Shown here: one piece after another, positions 25,607 through 39,819 of the stretch
How positions within the stretch are numbered: position 1 is the first letter of the stretch
Layout of the letters: each line of letters begins with the position of its first letter
NCBI GenBank assembly: GCA_951406725.2
Contig: OX597817.1
Coordinates: 67,766,001-67,830,000, forward strand
Direction of reading: 5' to 3'
DNA length: 64,000 nucleotides
Source of the DNA: Octopus vulgaris
Lineage: Eukaryota
Translations under genes and position numbers: made by a program
The notes under the pieces: generated by a model
Databases searched by the model: none
What the model saw: only the letters and a program-made list of their open reading frames with translations
Told to the model about the DNA's origin: nothing

Positions 25607-25970
25607 ATATATATGTAAATGTATGTAAGTATCTTTAGATCGAACTTAACGTGGATGTTTTGTTATAAAACCGAATACTGTGCATATGGACGCATTGTGC
25701 ATAAAAGCACACAGGTTTATATTGTTGACAGACGAGAATCGTCAGCTATGGTCGGCTGAACTGCCAGATCATATTATTTCGTCGTATTGCGTCTCTTCAG
25801 TGATAGCTGTCCGCTCGCCGCATAGAAACCAAATCTCACTGCCATCAATTCATAGAAGTACAGTGCACGTTGGATCAATTTAATTAGTTTGTTATCTTAT
25901 TAGACCGTCATCAGAGAAAGAATATTCATCTTCGAATGAACTGTGTCGGACTGGGTAAAGGTGGAACATA

Positions 25971-26109
25971 TCAGCTACTTGCAAAGAGCAGAGGTCGCTG
26001 TAGTAGCAGTAGAAAAGACAGAATTAGATGAAAGGCAATCACTGAACCAGAGGCTGAAGTGAGCTTGTGAGCATCGTCGTACTGGGCACGGATAGCCGTC
26101 TTAGGCGTC
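25971..26109 (-). CDS. candidate terminal coding exon, hydrophobic GPI-signal-like C-terminus
   Basis: TTTACTTAG acceptor; TPKTAIRAQYDDAHKLTSASGSVIAFHLILSFLLLLQRPLLFASS*. Confidence 0.35.
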
Positions 26110-27118
26110 CTAAGTAAACTAAGGACCGTTAAATAAGAAGCAAGATAAAATTACTTGCGAGGAATAGAAAACTGCGCTAATCAATGGTGAATGTTATTTT
26201 CACTTTTCGACAAGTGCGGGAGGCGACTCCAAATATAGTTCGGACTTATGATTTCCTCAACGAAAGATAACCCTCTTCGTATTTGTCGAAGAAGGTTGAA
26301 TAAATGAATGTACAAAACTGTACACTGGTAGCGTAGAAAATCAGAATTCCTTAGAGAATAATATATTCAGAGACGCCATGCGTATGAAAAATATTAGTTC
26401 GTATTTAATATAGAGTATTATTAAAAAAGCATAGTAGTAGTGACTGTAGCGTGATACAAAAAAAAGCATACTAGCCATTAAAAAATGTAAATTTTAATTT
26501 TTGGGAAAGTATGGATGATAACTTCTAGCATGTTTCGGCTTTATTATAGCAGCATCTGCGAAATACAGCCTTTTACCATACTTATCGCAGTAATGGCATA
26601 AGAAATGTTGAATAATCCTTACTGAGTAAACGTACAAGATTAGTTGGCACAGATTAAGTTACTCAACTGCTATCTGCATGTCTAAAGCCTAAAGATTTTT
26701 CAGTTAACAACTTCTCAACCAAAGGTTTCTGGTGGTTCGATTGACTTCATCTGCGTTGTACTGTGACTAGATATAGATACTCAATCCTAAGAAGCCCACT
26801 TGTCTTAGTGAAAAATACAACTCACTTTCATAAACAGCAAGGCCAGAGCATTAATGCCAAGCGGTTCTTTTTTCCTAAAAAAAGTCATTAGCTTGCGATG
26901 GTTGACTCAAATGAACCCACGCTCCTGGAGAAGGCAATTAGAACTAGAATCTCTTGAATCACTATATTCTCGTAATCATTAATCATTCTTCTACGTGCAT
27001 ATTTATCCTATTTCTTCTTGCCCCGCCCCTTTATCTCACATTCTCTCGTTTTTTGTTTTGCTTTGTTTTGTGTGTTGTTTTGGTTGCTCACACCGTCTTT
27101 CTTCATTCATCGCGTTAC

Positions 27119-27175
<57 letters not shown>

Positions 27176-27482
27176 CTCATTCTTTGATTGTGTATTTTAT
27201 ATTTTTCTTTCCGTTTCTCTTTCTGCCTCTCTCTATTAGCCTATTTTTACACCTTATTCTATTCTATTTGACTATTTGACTGCCGTAAATAAAGCTGAAA
27301 TCAGGCACAGACGATAAAAAAGATTTTTTTTTCTTTCGAGTAACACTTTTTACAAAGTAAAAGGAAGAAAAAGGAAAAGAAAATGACCCCAGTTTGTGTA
27401 ATTTTCATTCTATTTCTTTACAGCATTATCCCATTCAACAGTGGTGGGATGACATTATGTCTAACAGAACCAATTTACTTAC

Positions 27483-27589
27483 CTACCGCAGTCTTTTCCG
27501 AATTCATACACATACAGAATTTTTCTGGTGGTATTTAAAGCGATTGCTTTTCTAATTGTTACAAACGACACCCGATTTCTAACGCCTGT
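27483..27589 (-). CDS. candidate internal exon of an unknown gene
   Basis: TTCAG acceptor, AG|GTAAGT donor, open frame TGVRNRVSFVTIRKAIALNTTRKILYVYEFGKDCG; phase compatible with the 26109 exon. Confidence 0.33.
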
Positions 27590-28528
27590 CTGAATTTAAC
27601 ATAGTGAGAAATAGTTTTTCTGGTGACAATACTTTATCAATTTTACTGTATTGTTCTTTAACTTTGAGCTTGGAATTGTGCCCCAGTTGTGTGGACGAAA
27701 TAAAAAGCCAATTTAGGAAATTAACGACAAAAAAAAAATGCCGGATCAGTGACTGAGAGATACAATTGAAATAAAAATAAACAATAAATAAATTATAGGT
27801 GAAAACTAAAAGTTACGAATTTCATGGAAAACTACCTGATATAATTAGCTGCAATATAAGCATGACCAGGCTGAAAGAAATAGCCATCAGCTACATTATG
27901 GGCGTGCGGACATGGTTTTGAAATGATAAATTATAAGTATTTGCCCAACAGTTTTAGATAAAATTTTCCAACACTTGCAGAAGACCACCAGCGAGGAAAG
28001 TATTCTCCCGTCAGTTTGTTACTGTCTCCAAACTGATATTTATATATTTTGCCGATATACGTTGGCGAAAAATAAACATACACGAGCCCGCGCATACAGA
28101 TATAAAGTAATACTAATTATAAAATAATATGCCTTGTTATTATGAGTTTCCTACGTAATTAAACTATTAGACACGCATCAGATAATTTACTTGATCAAGC
28201 TCAAACTGGATCATTTGAAGATGTGTATGCGTCTGTGTATCTATGTATGTGTGTATGTATGTGAGTGTATGCATATATGTATGTACAACTTCCAGTTGCT
28301 GCATGTTGGGATATGACCATTGTAAGAGGAAATAACTCTTAATAGATAAAATAATTTGGTTCCCTTTATTGTTAGAAAATTTGAAAATATCAACAACAAA
28401 AAAATATGGAAGAATACGTCTAAAAATGGCTAAAAGGAAGAGAATGAAAAGGGTGAGAAGAGAAGTTAGGATGAGAAAAGGAAAAATGGGATACAGAGGA
28501 TACGAAAAGGAAGAAGGAGAATTTAAGT

Positions 28529-28567
28529 ATAATAATAGCAACAACAACAACAACAACAACAACAACA

Positions 28568-28641
<74 letters not shown>

Positions 28642-28665
28642 AATAATAATAATAATAATAATAAC
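28529..28665. repeat. compound (AAC)n(GAC)n(AAC)n(AAT)n microsatellite
   Basis: Direct reading. Confidence 0.95.
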
Positions 28666-29031
28666 GAAATAAAAATATGACAGTAAAAAGCGTGAAAGGA
28701 AATCAAGAATGTTAATTATTTGTGGAGTTAAGGTTAATTCAATACTATTTGTTAATGTATTTTGTATGTATAGGAACGTGAACACATACATAGATATTTA
28801 TAGGAATACACGCATGTTAAACCCATATATACATTTATTTATGAATTTAAAAGTATGAAGAGTTCAGATGTACGGAATAGGAGGGGAAAAATCCGATGGG
28901 TTGCGTGTGATCATAAGGATTATAGCATAGTCTAGTGATGGCAACGAGTTCCAGTGTTTCAAAGTGCTTGTCAAAGTCCTGGTATTTTGTGAAAATTTCA
29001 GATCTAGAGCTTAGAAAGTTAAAAACTTTAA

Positions 29032-30406
29032 GTCTTTCAGGGGCGAGATAGATAGGCTAAAAAAAAAATCTAGAAGGGCAAAAATTTATTCATTGACCTT
29101 ATATTGACCACACATAAATTTGTCCTTTATAATTAATTAAATTAAGCGTTTCTAGTTGGAAATTACAATATATATATATATAACTTTGACTTAGTGGAGG
29201 TGGTCTAAAATTTGTACTACCAAACAATAGGTACACCTTTATTTGTGATAATCTTGGAAACATTGCTTCTTTTTAACAAGACAGAGAGGAACTTCGCAAA
29301 TAGAACATTTACACTCTGTTCTGATTTGTCTAGCTTTTGAACTGCACAAAGCACGCCTTCTTCTAGTTCCTCTTATTGGCTGATGATCCGACTCTCTTTC
29401 TAATCTCTAAAGCATGAGGCTCTCGCCCTTTATACTGAAAGCCCTTTTGTCTTTCTCTTTAGCACAATAGATTCTGCTGCTAAGCCACCAATAAGTTCCA
29501 ATCTGAATGCTTTTCAGTGTCATATTGCTGTCCTGTACTTTTTATGAAGTATGATAGCGTTTACAATTGCTGCATCAAGAAAGTAAAAAGTATTCTGTGT
29601 CACCATTTGTGACTTTTAAGGTCTATTTCATAGGTTTTCTTTAGCTGGTTAAACTTATCTACACAATTAATATTTAGGTTGTAATCCTTTATCATAAGTG
29701 GACAGTTTATTTGGAGCTTTCCTCACCTTGAAACTTGGCATATTTCAGTGGGATCGTGAAAAGTTGAAGTAGCATATACCACTCTCTTAGCCGAAATCCC
29801 ATCATCAGAAATAAACCAGTCATGTTCACCTCTTTCCAAGTCTTTGTCATTCTTATAAGATTGAGGAAATTTCACCCTTTTCAATTTCATACAAACGTCT
29901 ATATTGTATAAAAGTATAAAAAATACATATTAATTCTTCAATCCTAAATCAACTCTTCATTGCACGAACACGTGTTTATTTATTTGGCTGCTCAGTAGCT
30001 CTAACAACGTACCACCAACTTAACTAAATATAAACGTTCAAATTTCAATAATTTACCTATAATTATGCTAAAAACATTTAATAAGCAAAATATATATATG
30101 AAAAAAAAACTTCTTACCTTCACTTCAATAAACAAATTTATAACAAAAATTTTTATTCTTGTTTTTTCGTCGACTCACCTTTGGCACAAAATGGGTTCAA
30201 CTGAACAAATATTCCGTTTGTATCGCAGAAATTGTTGCCAGATGTAAGGGTAGCCTCTGATTGGCTGATAGTTGAAGTGGTGCGTTTTCTGAGCTACCGA
30301 CCATGCAGCGAAAAGAATTTTAAGTTTCGGTACGAATTATATACCACCACTCATTAAACTGGTACAAATAAGTGGTACTTTATTTGTACCACTCAGCTTG
30401 AAAGAG
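29032..30406 (-). mobile_element. internally deleted piggyBac transposon with transposase relic (about 29240-29890)
   Basis: Minus strand: STFHDP, CPLMIKDYN..VDK, KW*HRI..FLDAAIVNA and Cys-rich C-terminus CKCSICEVPLC..CFQDYHK*. Right end TGAAAGAG|TTAA at 30406; left end tentative. Confidence 0.85.
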
Positions 30407-30889
30407 TTAAAAGAACTTTTCTTAGACTTACATTGATCACATTCTCTTCTTCCGTTTTTACATGACTTCAATCTCTCAGATTTTCCAATTCACTTTAAAA
30501 AAAGTCGTATTTCCTATTAATTACCAGTTGTAATTATACAATTTTGTTACATGTTTTTTTATCATGCCCATATAGCATTTCTGTAAAGTTTCCAGTTTTA
30601 GTTTCGTGCAGATGACTTCCACTTTGGTTTATTGGAGGTAAGTGCCTCTGCATCACTTGACTAATTACTTGGTTATGTGTTGGTATTTCTGCATGCACAG
30701 CAGCTGGCTCTGATTGATTTGCTTGGCTATTAGTTATAGAAATCTTGATATTAATATGATGTATATCAACGGTGGTGCCCCAGCATGACCGCAGCTATGA
30801 GACTGAAACAGTGGATGGAACATATTTGACCTTATCTGTGAATACGCTGAGATTTTACCAATGGATTTTTACCAAGTCCAAACTTACAT

Positions 30890-31164
30890 TATATGTATGT
30901 ATGCTTGTATTGTACGTGTATGTATGTATGTATGTATGTATGTATGTATGTATGTATGTATGTATGTATGTATGTATGTGTGTGTACGTATGTATGTATG
31001 TATGTATGTATGTATGTATGTATGTATGTATGTATGTATGTATGTATGTATGTGTGTAAGTATATATGTATGTATGTATGTGTGTATGTATGTATGTATG
31101 TATGTATGTATGTATGTATGTATGTATGTATGTATGTATGTGTGTGTATGTATGTATGTATGTA

Positions 31165-31199
<35 letters not shown>

Positions 31200-31237
31200 A
31201 TGTATGTATGTATGTATGTATGTATGTATGTATGTAT
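30890..31237. repeat. (TATG)n microsatellite
   Basis: Direct reading. Confidence 0.95.
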
Positions 31238-32310
31238 AATTAAATCATTTCATGATGGGGTGGAGGCTTGGGTCAATGTTGGTGGTGGCATGGAGGGACT
31301 CATTCCTGTTGAGAATTGTGTCAAGCAGAGTGACATCCTTGACCCAACTCTCTTTTCTTTGTACTTTGGTGCTGCTTTTACTCATGCTTTTGCTAAGGTT
31401 AGCTCTCTGGGAATATATGTCCGGTTAACGATATCTTGGCCGCCTCTTTAATCTGAGCCGATTTACTGCCAATTCAAAAGTTTTCAGTCTCTTATTCGTG
31501 ACCTCCTTTATGCAGATGATTGTGACTTAGTCACTCATAAGGTAGATGGCATGCAAATACTCATGGATCGTATTTCTGCTTCGTGCAAGACATTTGGGCT
31601 CAACTTTAGCCTGGACAAGACTGTTGTAACGTTCCAGCCTGCACCAAAAAATCCGTAAGTGGAACCAGCTATCTTGGTTGAAGGAACAATACTGAAAGTG
31701 GTTGACAAGTTTGTATACCTGGGCAGCACACCCAGCCGTTCTTGCTCTCTGGATGATGAAATATATTTCATGCTGTAGAGAGCAACTGATTCCTTCCGGT
31801 CTCTTGAGTGTCGTGTCTGGTCCCAGCATGGCATCACAAGGCAAACAAAAATTGCTGTGTACCGTGCATGTGTACTGATATCGTTCCTTTACTCATGTGA
31901 GGCATGGACCCTTTACAAACGTCATGTAAAAGTCCTTGAACGCTTTCATCAGAGATGTCTGGGGCGCATTCTGAATATTGGCTGAACCTTAAAAACTCCA
32001 GATACACAGGTCCTGAGGAGAGCTGATATCTTGAGTATTAAGGTGATGATGCACAAGCACCAGTTACGTTGGACTGGACACCTTATTAGAATGAAGGATA
32101 GCAAAATCCTTAAACAGATGCTATATGGAGAACTTGTTAGTAGAAAGAGACTCCGGCAGAAAGAAACCAAGGCTGCGATTTAAGGACTGTGTCAAATCCA
32201 CATTAAGGGTCTGTGATATGTATGTGACAGACTGGGGGAGCAATGCCTACCATCGCCATAGATGGAGGAAGCAGGTTAAGGAGGGGATCGACACCTTTGA
32301 AAGAGCACAA
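31238..32310 (+). pseudogene. RTE-clade (BovB-like) LINE reverse transcriptase relic
   Basis: VKQSDILDPTLFS, DLLYADD, FVYLGS, LRWTGHL.RM, PRLRFKD; stops and frameshifts. Confidence 0.92.
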
Positions 32311-33225
32311 AACTGATAAGGATGGTCGGATTTGATCTGCTTATCAAATGGAATGATCAACCAAATTGTTTAACTAGAACCCACCTTGTTATTTAGGTAA
32401 TTATCTTTAAAGTCCTAGATTTAATTTTATTACGTATAAAGGGAAATAAAGAACGGTTATCTCCCTTACGCTGCAAAAATATATTTTCCGATTTACCGTT
32501 ATTATTCGAACTAAAATTTATATTGTTATTACCGTTATGATGTGTTTTCATGTCCTGATTAATAGAGGCAGAATTAATGTCAATAGGGTTGATATACGTA
32601 ATTTTTTCTTTATAGCCTGCTTTAAGTAAGGCAGAGTTATAAAATTCGGCTATATCGTTAAAGATCAACATTAGTATATAATCTAGAAAGTCTAAGTGAA
32701 ATATTTCTAAGTTTCTTGTAATAGTATTCGGATGATTACTGAAAAGGCTAATATATTTTAAATTAGTTGAGGGTTTATGGTGTGGGAAATATGAATCATT
32801 ATATAAGTTAAGGGTAATATCTAAAAAGTTGGCTTTATTTATATCATCATCGAAAATAGTACTTTAAGCCCATGCTTCCGAATAATTTAAACAACCTATT
32901 TTTAACCTGTTGTAATTTTTGGTTAGATACATTTTGAAGATATAGTAGACAATCATCACAATATAAACCTCCATTGATGTTTGGGAATTGGTCAGGCATC
33001 TCATGAAAGATATATATACCGACCAAATCAGCCAATTGTTCTGAGTCAGAACTTCCTATCGTGACATCAAAACTATTTTACGGATCCAGAACTTATTTTC
33101 AAATTTAATGATTGGTTTTCTGGCAGCTAACACCACATTAATTTCATTTCGGGTGAGACCTACTTTATTGTGTGCAAACCAGAGTGCTTTGTTAAGTACA
33201 GTAACAAAGCATTCTGGTTTGAACA
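32311..33225 (-). pseudogene. Penelope-like reverse transcriptase relic
   Basis: FDVTIGS..LADLVGIY, GLYCDD (YxDD), NFLDITLNL, SNHP, YNSAL.KAGY motifs. Confidence 0.88.
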
Positions 33226-33730
33226 CAACAAAGCATTCCATTGTCAATTCACACCGAATTACGATAGGTTTTTAAAACACCAAAAACCTTGCACAAATCA
33301 TTTCTTCACATAACCATAAGTTACAAATCCACTTAATGAAAAAATAACAGTGATATTATTATTAACACTAACCATTCTTTGAACAATAATAACAACAATA
33401 TTATTTCTGATATAAATTCGAATCGAATTCGTTTCCTTGGCAGTAATTCTAAGACTTGAAACTGTTTATCAATGAAAAATCACTTCCGGTTCTGATGTCT
33501 TTTTTTTTTTTTTTTTATAAAGGCAGCTCTTCGTTTCAGTTGTCGAAATGTACTCATTTTTTACGTGAATTGGAAATTTCAGAAATGTACTCAAGGACTA
33601 GCTCTGCACAAAAACCAAGCAGGAATTGATTAATATTTCAGCTTTGTTCTACATTTAGACATATCAATAAACGCAACAATACTGGGCTTAGTAAATTAAT
33701 TTGGTCTCTAAAGGAACATAATATATTTTT
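33226..33730 (+). pseudogene. PLE linker and GIY-YIG relic, inverted relative to its RT
   Basis: IISSHN, VYQ*KITSGSDVFF, KRNNTGLSKLIWSLK; homologous to the 22035 ORF. Confidence 0.78.
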
Positions 33731-34191
33731 ATCATTTAACAATATAAGTGGTTAAGAAGTTACATTGTTATTGACATTAATTTTTCATTGATCAAGGAAT
33801 TTTTAATTGAATTAAATTGAAGATAAAACTCTTGAATTTTCATGCCATTAGAATCCTTGTAAGGCATGCAATATTTCTGTCCACTAAACAAAATGCTTTG
33901 CGGGATTGCGTTCGTCTTTACATTCTCAGTTAAAATTCCGCCGAGATTGACTGTGCTTTTCGTCGATGAATTAAGTAGTAGTTGAGTACTGAGGTCGATG
34001 TAATAGACTAGCCCGCGTCTCCCAAATAAATTTCGGTCTTTATATTTATAGTAGAAAAGATTAGTCTGTGTTCACCTTTACTTGCAATTAGTTTAATTAT
34101 CAAATTTATATTAGAGATGTAAGTTTATATTGAATATAAAATCTTTTATGTTATTTCTTATTTGGAAAAATGCGGATATTATTTGACATCT

Positions 34192-34640
34192 GGAGTGGCT
34201 GGGTGGTAAGTAGCTTGCTTACCAACCACATGGTTCCGGGTTCAGTCCCACTTTGTGGCACTTTGGGCAAGTGTCTTCTACTATAGCCTCGGGCCAACTA
34301 AAGCCTTGTGAGTGGATTTGGTAGATGAAAATTGAAAGAAGCCCGTTGTATATATATAAGTTAAGTTAAGTTAATTTTTGGGTTCAAAAAGCAAGGCCAT
34401 ATATATATATATGTGTGTGTGTGTGTGTTTATGTGTCTGTGTTTGTCCCCCCCCCAACATCGCTTGACGACCGATGCTGGTGTGTTTATGTCTCCGTCAC
34501 TTAGCGGTTCGGTAAGAGAGACCGATAGAATAAGTACTAGGCTTACAAAGAATAAGTCCTGGGGTCGATTTGCTCGACTAAAGGCGGTGCTCCAGCATGG
34601 CCGCAGTCAAACGACTGAAACAAATAAAAGAAAGAAAGAA
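34192..34640 (+). mobile_element. SINE family A with a foreign 3'-end fragment in its TA linker
   Basis: Consensus match; insert at 34358-34400. Confidence 0.88.
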
Positions 34641-35345
34641 TCTCATAAATTCTACTGCTTATATATAGATATTAAAATGCTTTCTCACCTAGTCTTTGGT
34701 GAACTGCATGGACGGGCCCAAGGGGGACCCGAGGGGTACTCCCCCCCAACTCAAGAAAAGAAGTGCGTCCTTCTAAGTAATGTTATTACGCCCTTTTCTC
34801 CTGGAATTGTATTCCTTTCTGACCTTGTGCCCTTCCTTCGAAAAACTCCTGGGACCACGGCTGAAATGTGTCGGGTTTCTTGCTTGTCAACATATTTGCA
34901 AATACTTGTGAGATATTCTTTTATGTATTCTCTTATTGGTTCCAGTCTTTGAACTGCAGTCACGTTGTGGCACCACTTTGAAGAGTTTAGTTGAATAGAT
35001 CGACCCTCTATTTATTTTTTTTAGAGTCTGGTATTTATTCTAACGGAGCTGAACGACTAAGTTGCGAGGATGTAAACAAACCAGCACCGGTTGTCAAACG
35101 ATGGTGGAAGAAAAACACTAACCGCTCTCCCCGGTTTTGGCCTTTGCGAAGTTCTCCTTTTTTTTTTGTTACCCTAGTTTAAATAAGCTCGCTGATTTCA
35201 GAGGATAGAAGAAAATCTGCTCCGAGAACTACACACAGGTCATGAAAACGCATTCCAATAACTAAAGCAATGAATTTCTTTTCAAGTTTAGTTTCTTTTT
35301 AGACAAACGCTTATGCGTATATGTATGGATACATGTATGTGAGAA

Positions 35346-35405
<60 letters not shown>

Positions 35406-36970
35406 AAAACAAACACATACATGCGCGCATACTCACGCATAGATACACCACCAACAATGACGAAAACAGCAACTTCTTGTAATAGATACATCGAATATCA
35501 CTTAGAACTCTACATCTTCACTATCCAGGAACTGGAGATAACCCTTACATTTCTCATCAACAAGAGAGTGTTTCTAGACCTCTACGCTGAGATAAAAAAA
35601 TGTTGATTGCGTCGTAGCCATGTGAAAGGTATCTCTTGATTCATCACCTCCTGTCCAGAAATGTCACTAAAATACGACCTTTCCCTGAGACATGATACTG
35701 TTGCTAAAACCATCAACAATTTTATGTTTTCCGGACGGCCATACCAAAGGCACGCCAGAACAAGAATGTATCCACACCTTTAAAAATACAGAATAAGGGC
35801 GTAACATTTCAATAAAAGAATCTACTCGGTATAAACTAAGCAGGCCAAATATTGTTATATGGGACAGGGCGCGTAACTACTGTTCCGTTGCAGAGGTAAG
35901 CTGCTCGGTGAATGCGAATGTTGCGTCAAAAATTGAGGAAATAGAAAACATTTTTGGAGAGCTAATGTAAGATTGACGGACAGTTCTTGTATCCAGTCAA
36001 TAGGCTTTTATTTGTATCTGACACTGGGCTATATAACAAAATATTTGCTTAGAAAAGCTCGAGTTCGCAAAGAAAGAACAAAGCAAGCTAAATCACATTT
36101 TCTAAATATTAGCAATTACAGGGAGGCGACAAGCTAGCAGACTGGTTAACGCGCAGAGCAAAATGCTTAGCTGCATTTCGTCTGTCTTCACGTCCTGTGA
36201 ATATGTACCAGTTGAGTACTGAGGTCGATGTAATCAACTTAACCCCCCCGCCACCAAAATTGCTGACCTTGTGTCAAAATTTGAAACCGGTATTATCAAT
36301 TAAAGGCTCTGTGAAAATTGGTATTTTTTTTTTAAGGAATCACAATTTTGAGGTCCTGGGTTGAATAGGACCTCAAAAATACAATCATATGCTTATATCG
36401 AATTTGCGTAAACACACACATCCTCTTCAATGATGTACGCACGCTTTAAAATGACATACACAGCTGCAACGCGAGCGCAAGTTTATCCTTACATACATAT
36501 ACGCACGTACTAACCAATTTACATAACCACAAACTCAAGGAGCTGTCTTAACTTCAGCAAAAGAACTTCGTTACTCTATTAATGACCGGTTTGAATTCTG
36601 CAATAAATAAATAGATAAATAAATAAATTAATTAAATAAATCCCAAAGAAAATCACACGCATGTATGTATATACGTACGTACGTAAGTATTCCTATAATA
36701 TATGTAGATGTATACATCATATGCATATATATACTTATTGTTGTGAGTTAATGGATCTAATTAATTTAAATTACACCTGTGATGGGAACGATTAAGAGCT
36801 GTTCAGAAAAGCTGGGTTACAATATAGAAATTTTAATTAATTAAAATTAATTAAAGATAGAATGCAGACAATGCAGTTGGGAATGAGTGTGATTTTGACC
36901 GTACGGTGGGTAGTCCGGAGATTACAGCTCGACAGCAACGTTTCTTTTTACTAGTACTACTATAAACAAG

Positions 36971-37247
36971 GTGGAGGCACATGGCCTACTGGTTAGAGCA
37001 GCGGACTCGCGGTCGAGGGATCGCGGGTTCGAATCTCAGACCGGGCGATGTGTGTGTGTTTATGAGCGAAACACCTACGCTCAATGCGGCTCCGGCAGAA
37101 GGTAATGGCAAACTTCTGCTGACTCTTTCGCCACAATTTTCTCTTACTCTTTCCTCCTGCATCTTGCAGCTCACTTGCGACGGACCGGCGTCCCGTCCAG
37201 GTGAGGAACCTATACGCAAAGGAAACTGGGAAACCGGCCCTTATGAG
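36971..37247 (+). mobile_element. tRNA-derived SINE, family D
   Basis: TGGTTAGAGC A box, GGTTCGAATCTC B box. Confidence 0.8.
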
Positions 37248-38465
37248 GTGAGTATAAACAAAATTATTAAAACAAATCCTGAACTCCAATCACAGTTTAA
37301 TTTTGTAGAACTTCTAAATATTCAATGTTTTCAGTGTGCCCTTTAATTGGTGTATAAAGAAAATGAGTTTTGGGACTTCCTAACATCCTACATATAATCC
37401 AACATATAATTGTCCATGAGAGAAGCAAGAAGCAAGGTTAAGTCCAACAACGTTGAGAGACTGTGTTTGAGATTTGTTTATGGACATAGCAAAACTTAGT
37501 TTCGCTGGAAACTGGAACCGTTTAAATTCATAGGGGAGGTCAGATACGATTAATGGGATCTGTGGAATGAAGACATCGTCACCCTTATATTTCCCAAGAG
37601 AAATGAATTTTGGCGGTAAGGACTAAGCCTCATGTTTCATTATCACAATTAAAAAGCGTTTATCTTAAAAAAAAAAAAGGTGGGGTCGTTGCCGTATGGC
37701 GGAGAATTATTTAATATCGTGTTTGCTTCTATCAGAATCGTTTACTTTTTAAGCGAAAAAACAAAATCGACGTATTCGACAGATATGTAAAACATATTTC
37801 TGTTTTTGAAAAAAAGTTTAAAATTTAGTGCAGAACAATAGGCCGTATGGCTAGAGGGAAAATGTAGATTCGATTTCGAATCTGAGGTAGGACCAATATC
37901 CAAGTAGAAATAGTCACATCGGATTTAAATATGAAATATCGAGTGTATTCTAGCTAATTTTATTAGGTCCGTTCCACGAACAATCATTTGAATAACTCAT
38001 GTCGATATCTCTAACTTATGCCACGGGCACATTGAACTTTAAAATTTATAAAGCTTATTGTATAAATTGATAGATATCCTACAGTGTATAAGCGTGTATC
38101 CGTATGAAGACCTTTCGTTATTTAGAAGCCTTACTGTTTTTTTCTTCTTTAAACCTCTTGTTTCATTATCACAATCAAAAAGCGTTTCAGAATCGTTTAC
38201 CTTCAAAGCCAAAAGACAAAGCTGTTGTAATTTCCAGACAGCCAAATTTGGTACAGATTGATCCAGCGGTTTGGCCGTGAATAGAGGAAACACACACACA
38301 CACAGAGTAAGAGTAAAAGTGAAACAATTAGTAAAAGAGACGTGAAAGAATAAAAGTGAAACTAGTGTTATGAAAAGTGCAAAACCGCTGGAAAAAAATT
38401 GGAAGGGTCGTATAGGGGGGGGGACTACAGCCCCTATATGGGCAACGGCCAAAATTTGATCCCCC

Positions 38466-38520
<55 letters not shown>

Positions 38521-38555
38521 TAAATTATATATATATATACGATTATATACATATA

Positions 38556-38716
38556 TGGGTACAGGACGTCACCAACAGTAAACAACATGAAATATGAAAA
38601 CAAAGGAGTTCAACACGCAAACAACGAGAGAAACAAATGGAAAACTGGACAAGTAACATAAAGAACGATCCTTCATCAGTTGTCGGCTGTCTATCTACTC
38701 CTCATTTCGAGCATTG
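38556..38716 (-). mobile_element. permuted-hammerhead repeat family, copy 2 (5'-truncated)
   Basis: Homology to 9290-9450; bounded by TA-rich repeats. Confidence 0.75.
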
Positions 38717-39073
38717 GGTTTATATATATATATATATTCAGTATTTCAGGTCACTTTTGAGTTCAATGTGTTGCGTGTTCGGTCCATCGGCGACTAATCT
38801 GGCAACCAAGTCTGCTTAGTGGGGGGTGTAGTTTTGGGACGCACTGTGGGATAATAAACATAACCTGTCCAAGGATGGATGAGCTCAAGAGCGCCAATGC
38901 CCATTCAATCACATGATAAGTAGTCAATGTTTCGGTACTAGTACATGAGGTGAGTCTCAGGAGAGAGGGAGAGTATGTGCAAGTATGTGTGTGCCCGTTC
39001 AGCTTTGTCAAATAGATGACAGACAATGTCATACACTCACTCATGACGTCATAGACTTTTACCGAAAGATTGC

Positions 39074-39141
<68 letters not shown>

Positions 39142-39268
39142 CAGCCGAAATTTGCAATGATGAATCGGTTTCTGACTGAAGAATGAAGGCTTTGAATGAC
39201 CTGTCTGTTTTTCATGTTCGTCCCTTCGTGTATTTCACGTTATTTATATTTTATATATGTAAAGTTTT

Positions 39269-39304
<36 letters not shown>

Positions 39305-39324
39305 TAGATAGATAGATAGATAGT

Positions 39325-39398
<74 letters not shown>

Positions 39399-39819
39399 GA
39401 TATAGTTGTAGATATACGTATTCATGCATTTATGTGTATGTATGCATGCGTTTATGCATGTATGTATTTATGAGCGAGGACTTAGAAATAACTCGTTCTG
39501 GTTTTTGTTAGCCTGTCAGGTTGGGTTCCTCTCTAATTCGTAACGAAGGTCACAAATCCAGGAAACGAAGAACTCTAAACGGAAACCTTAAGGTACGTTG
39601 CTCACTGATTTTGTAAGCAAACGCTTGCTCAAACTTTTTACCATCAGCATTTACAATAAATGTGGCATTTCCTACACAAGGCTGCCTTCTCCACTGAAAA
39701 CTAACCATCTTGCGTGAGTAGTCTAACAGCAATAATACTCGCTGTGCAATAATATTCGCTGTTAGACCCTCATACATGGAAACAAACGGGAGAACCCACT
39801 ATATATATATATATATATA

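Noticed and set aside
28167-28791. Poly-N/D, poly-L and poly-V ORFs; likewise poly-R/E/K at 52940 and poly-H at 63529
   Set aside because: Trinucleotide repeats open in several frames, with no domain.
35437-35777. Minus-strand exon-like segment with acceptor and donor
   Set aside because: Stops in all three frames; could be a UTR or first exon but is unsupported.
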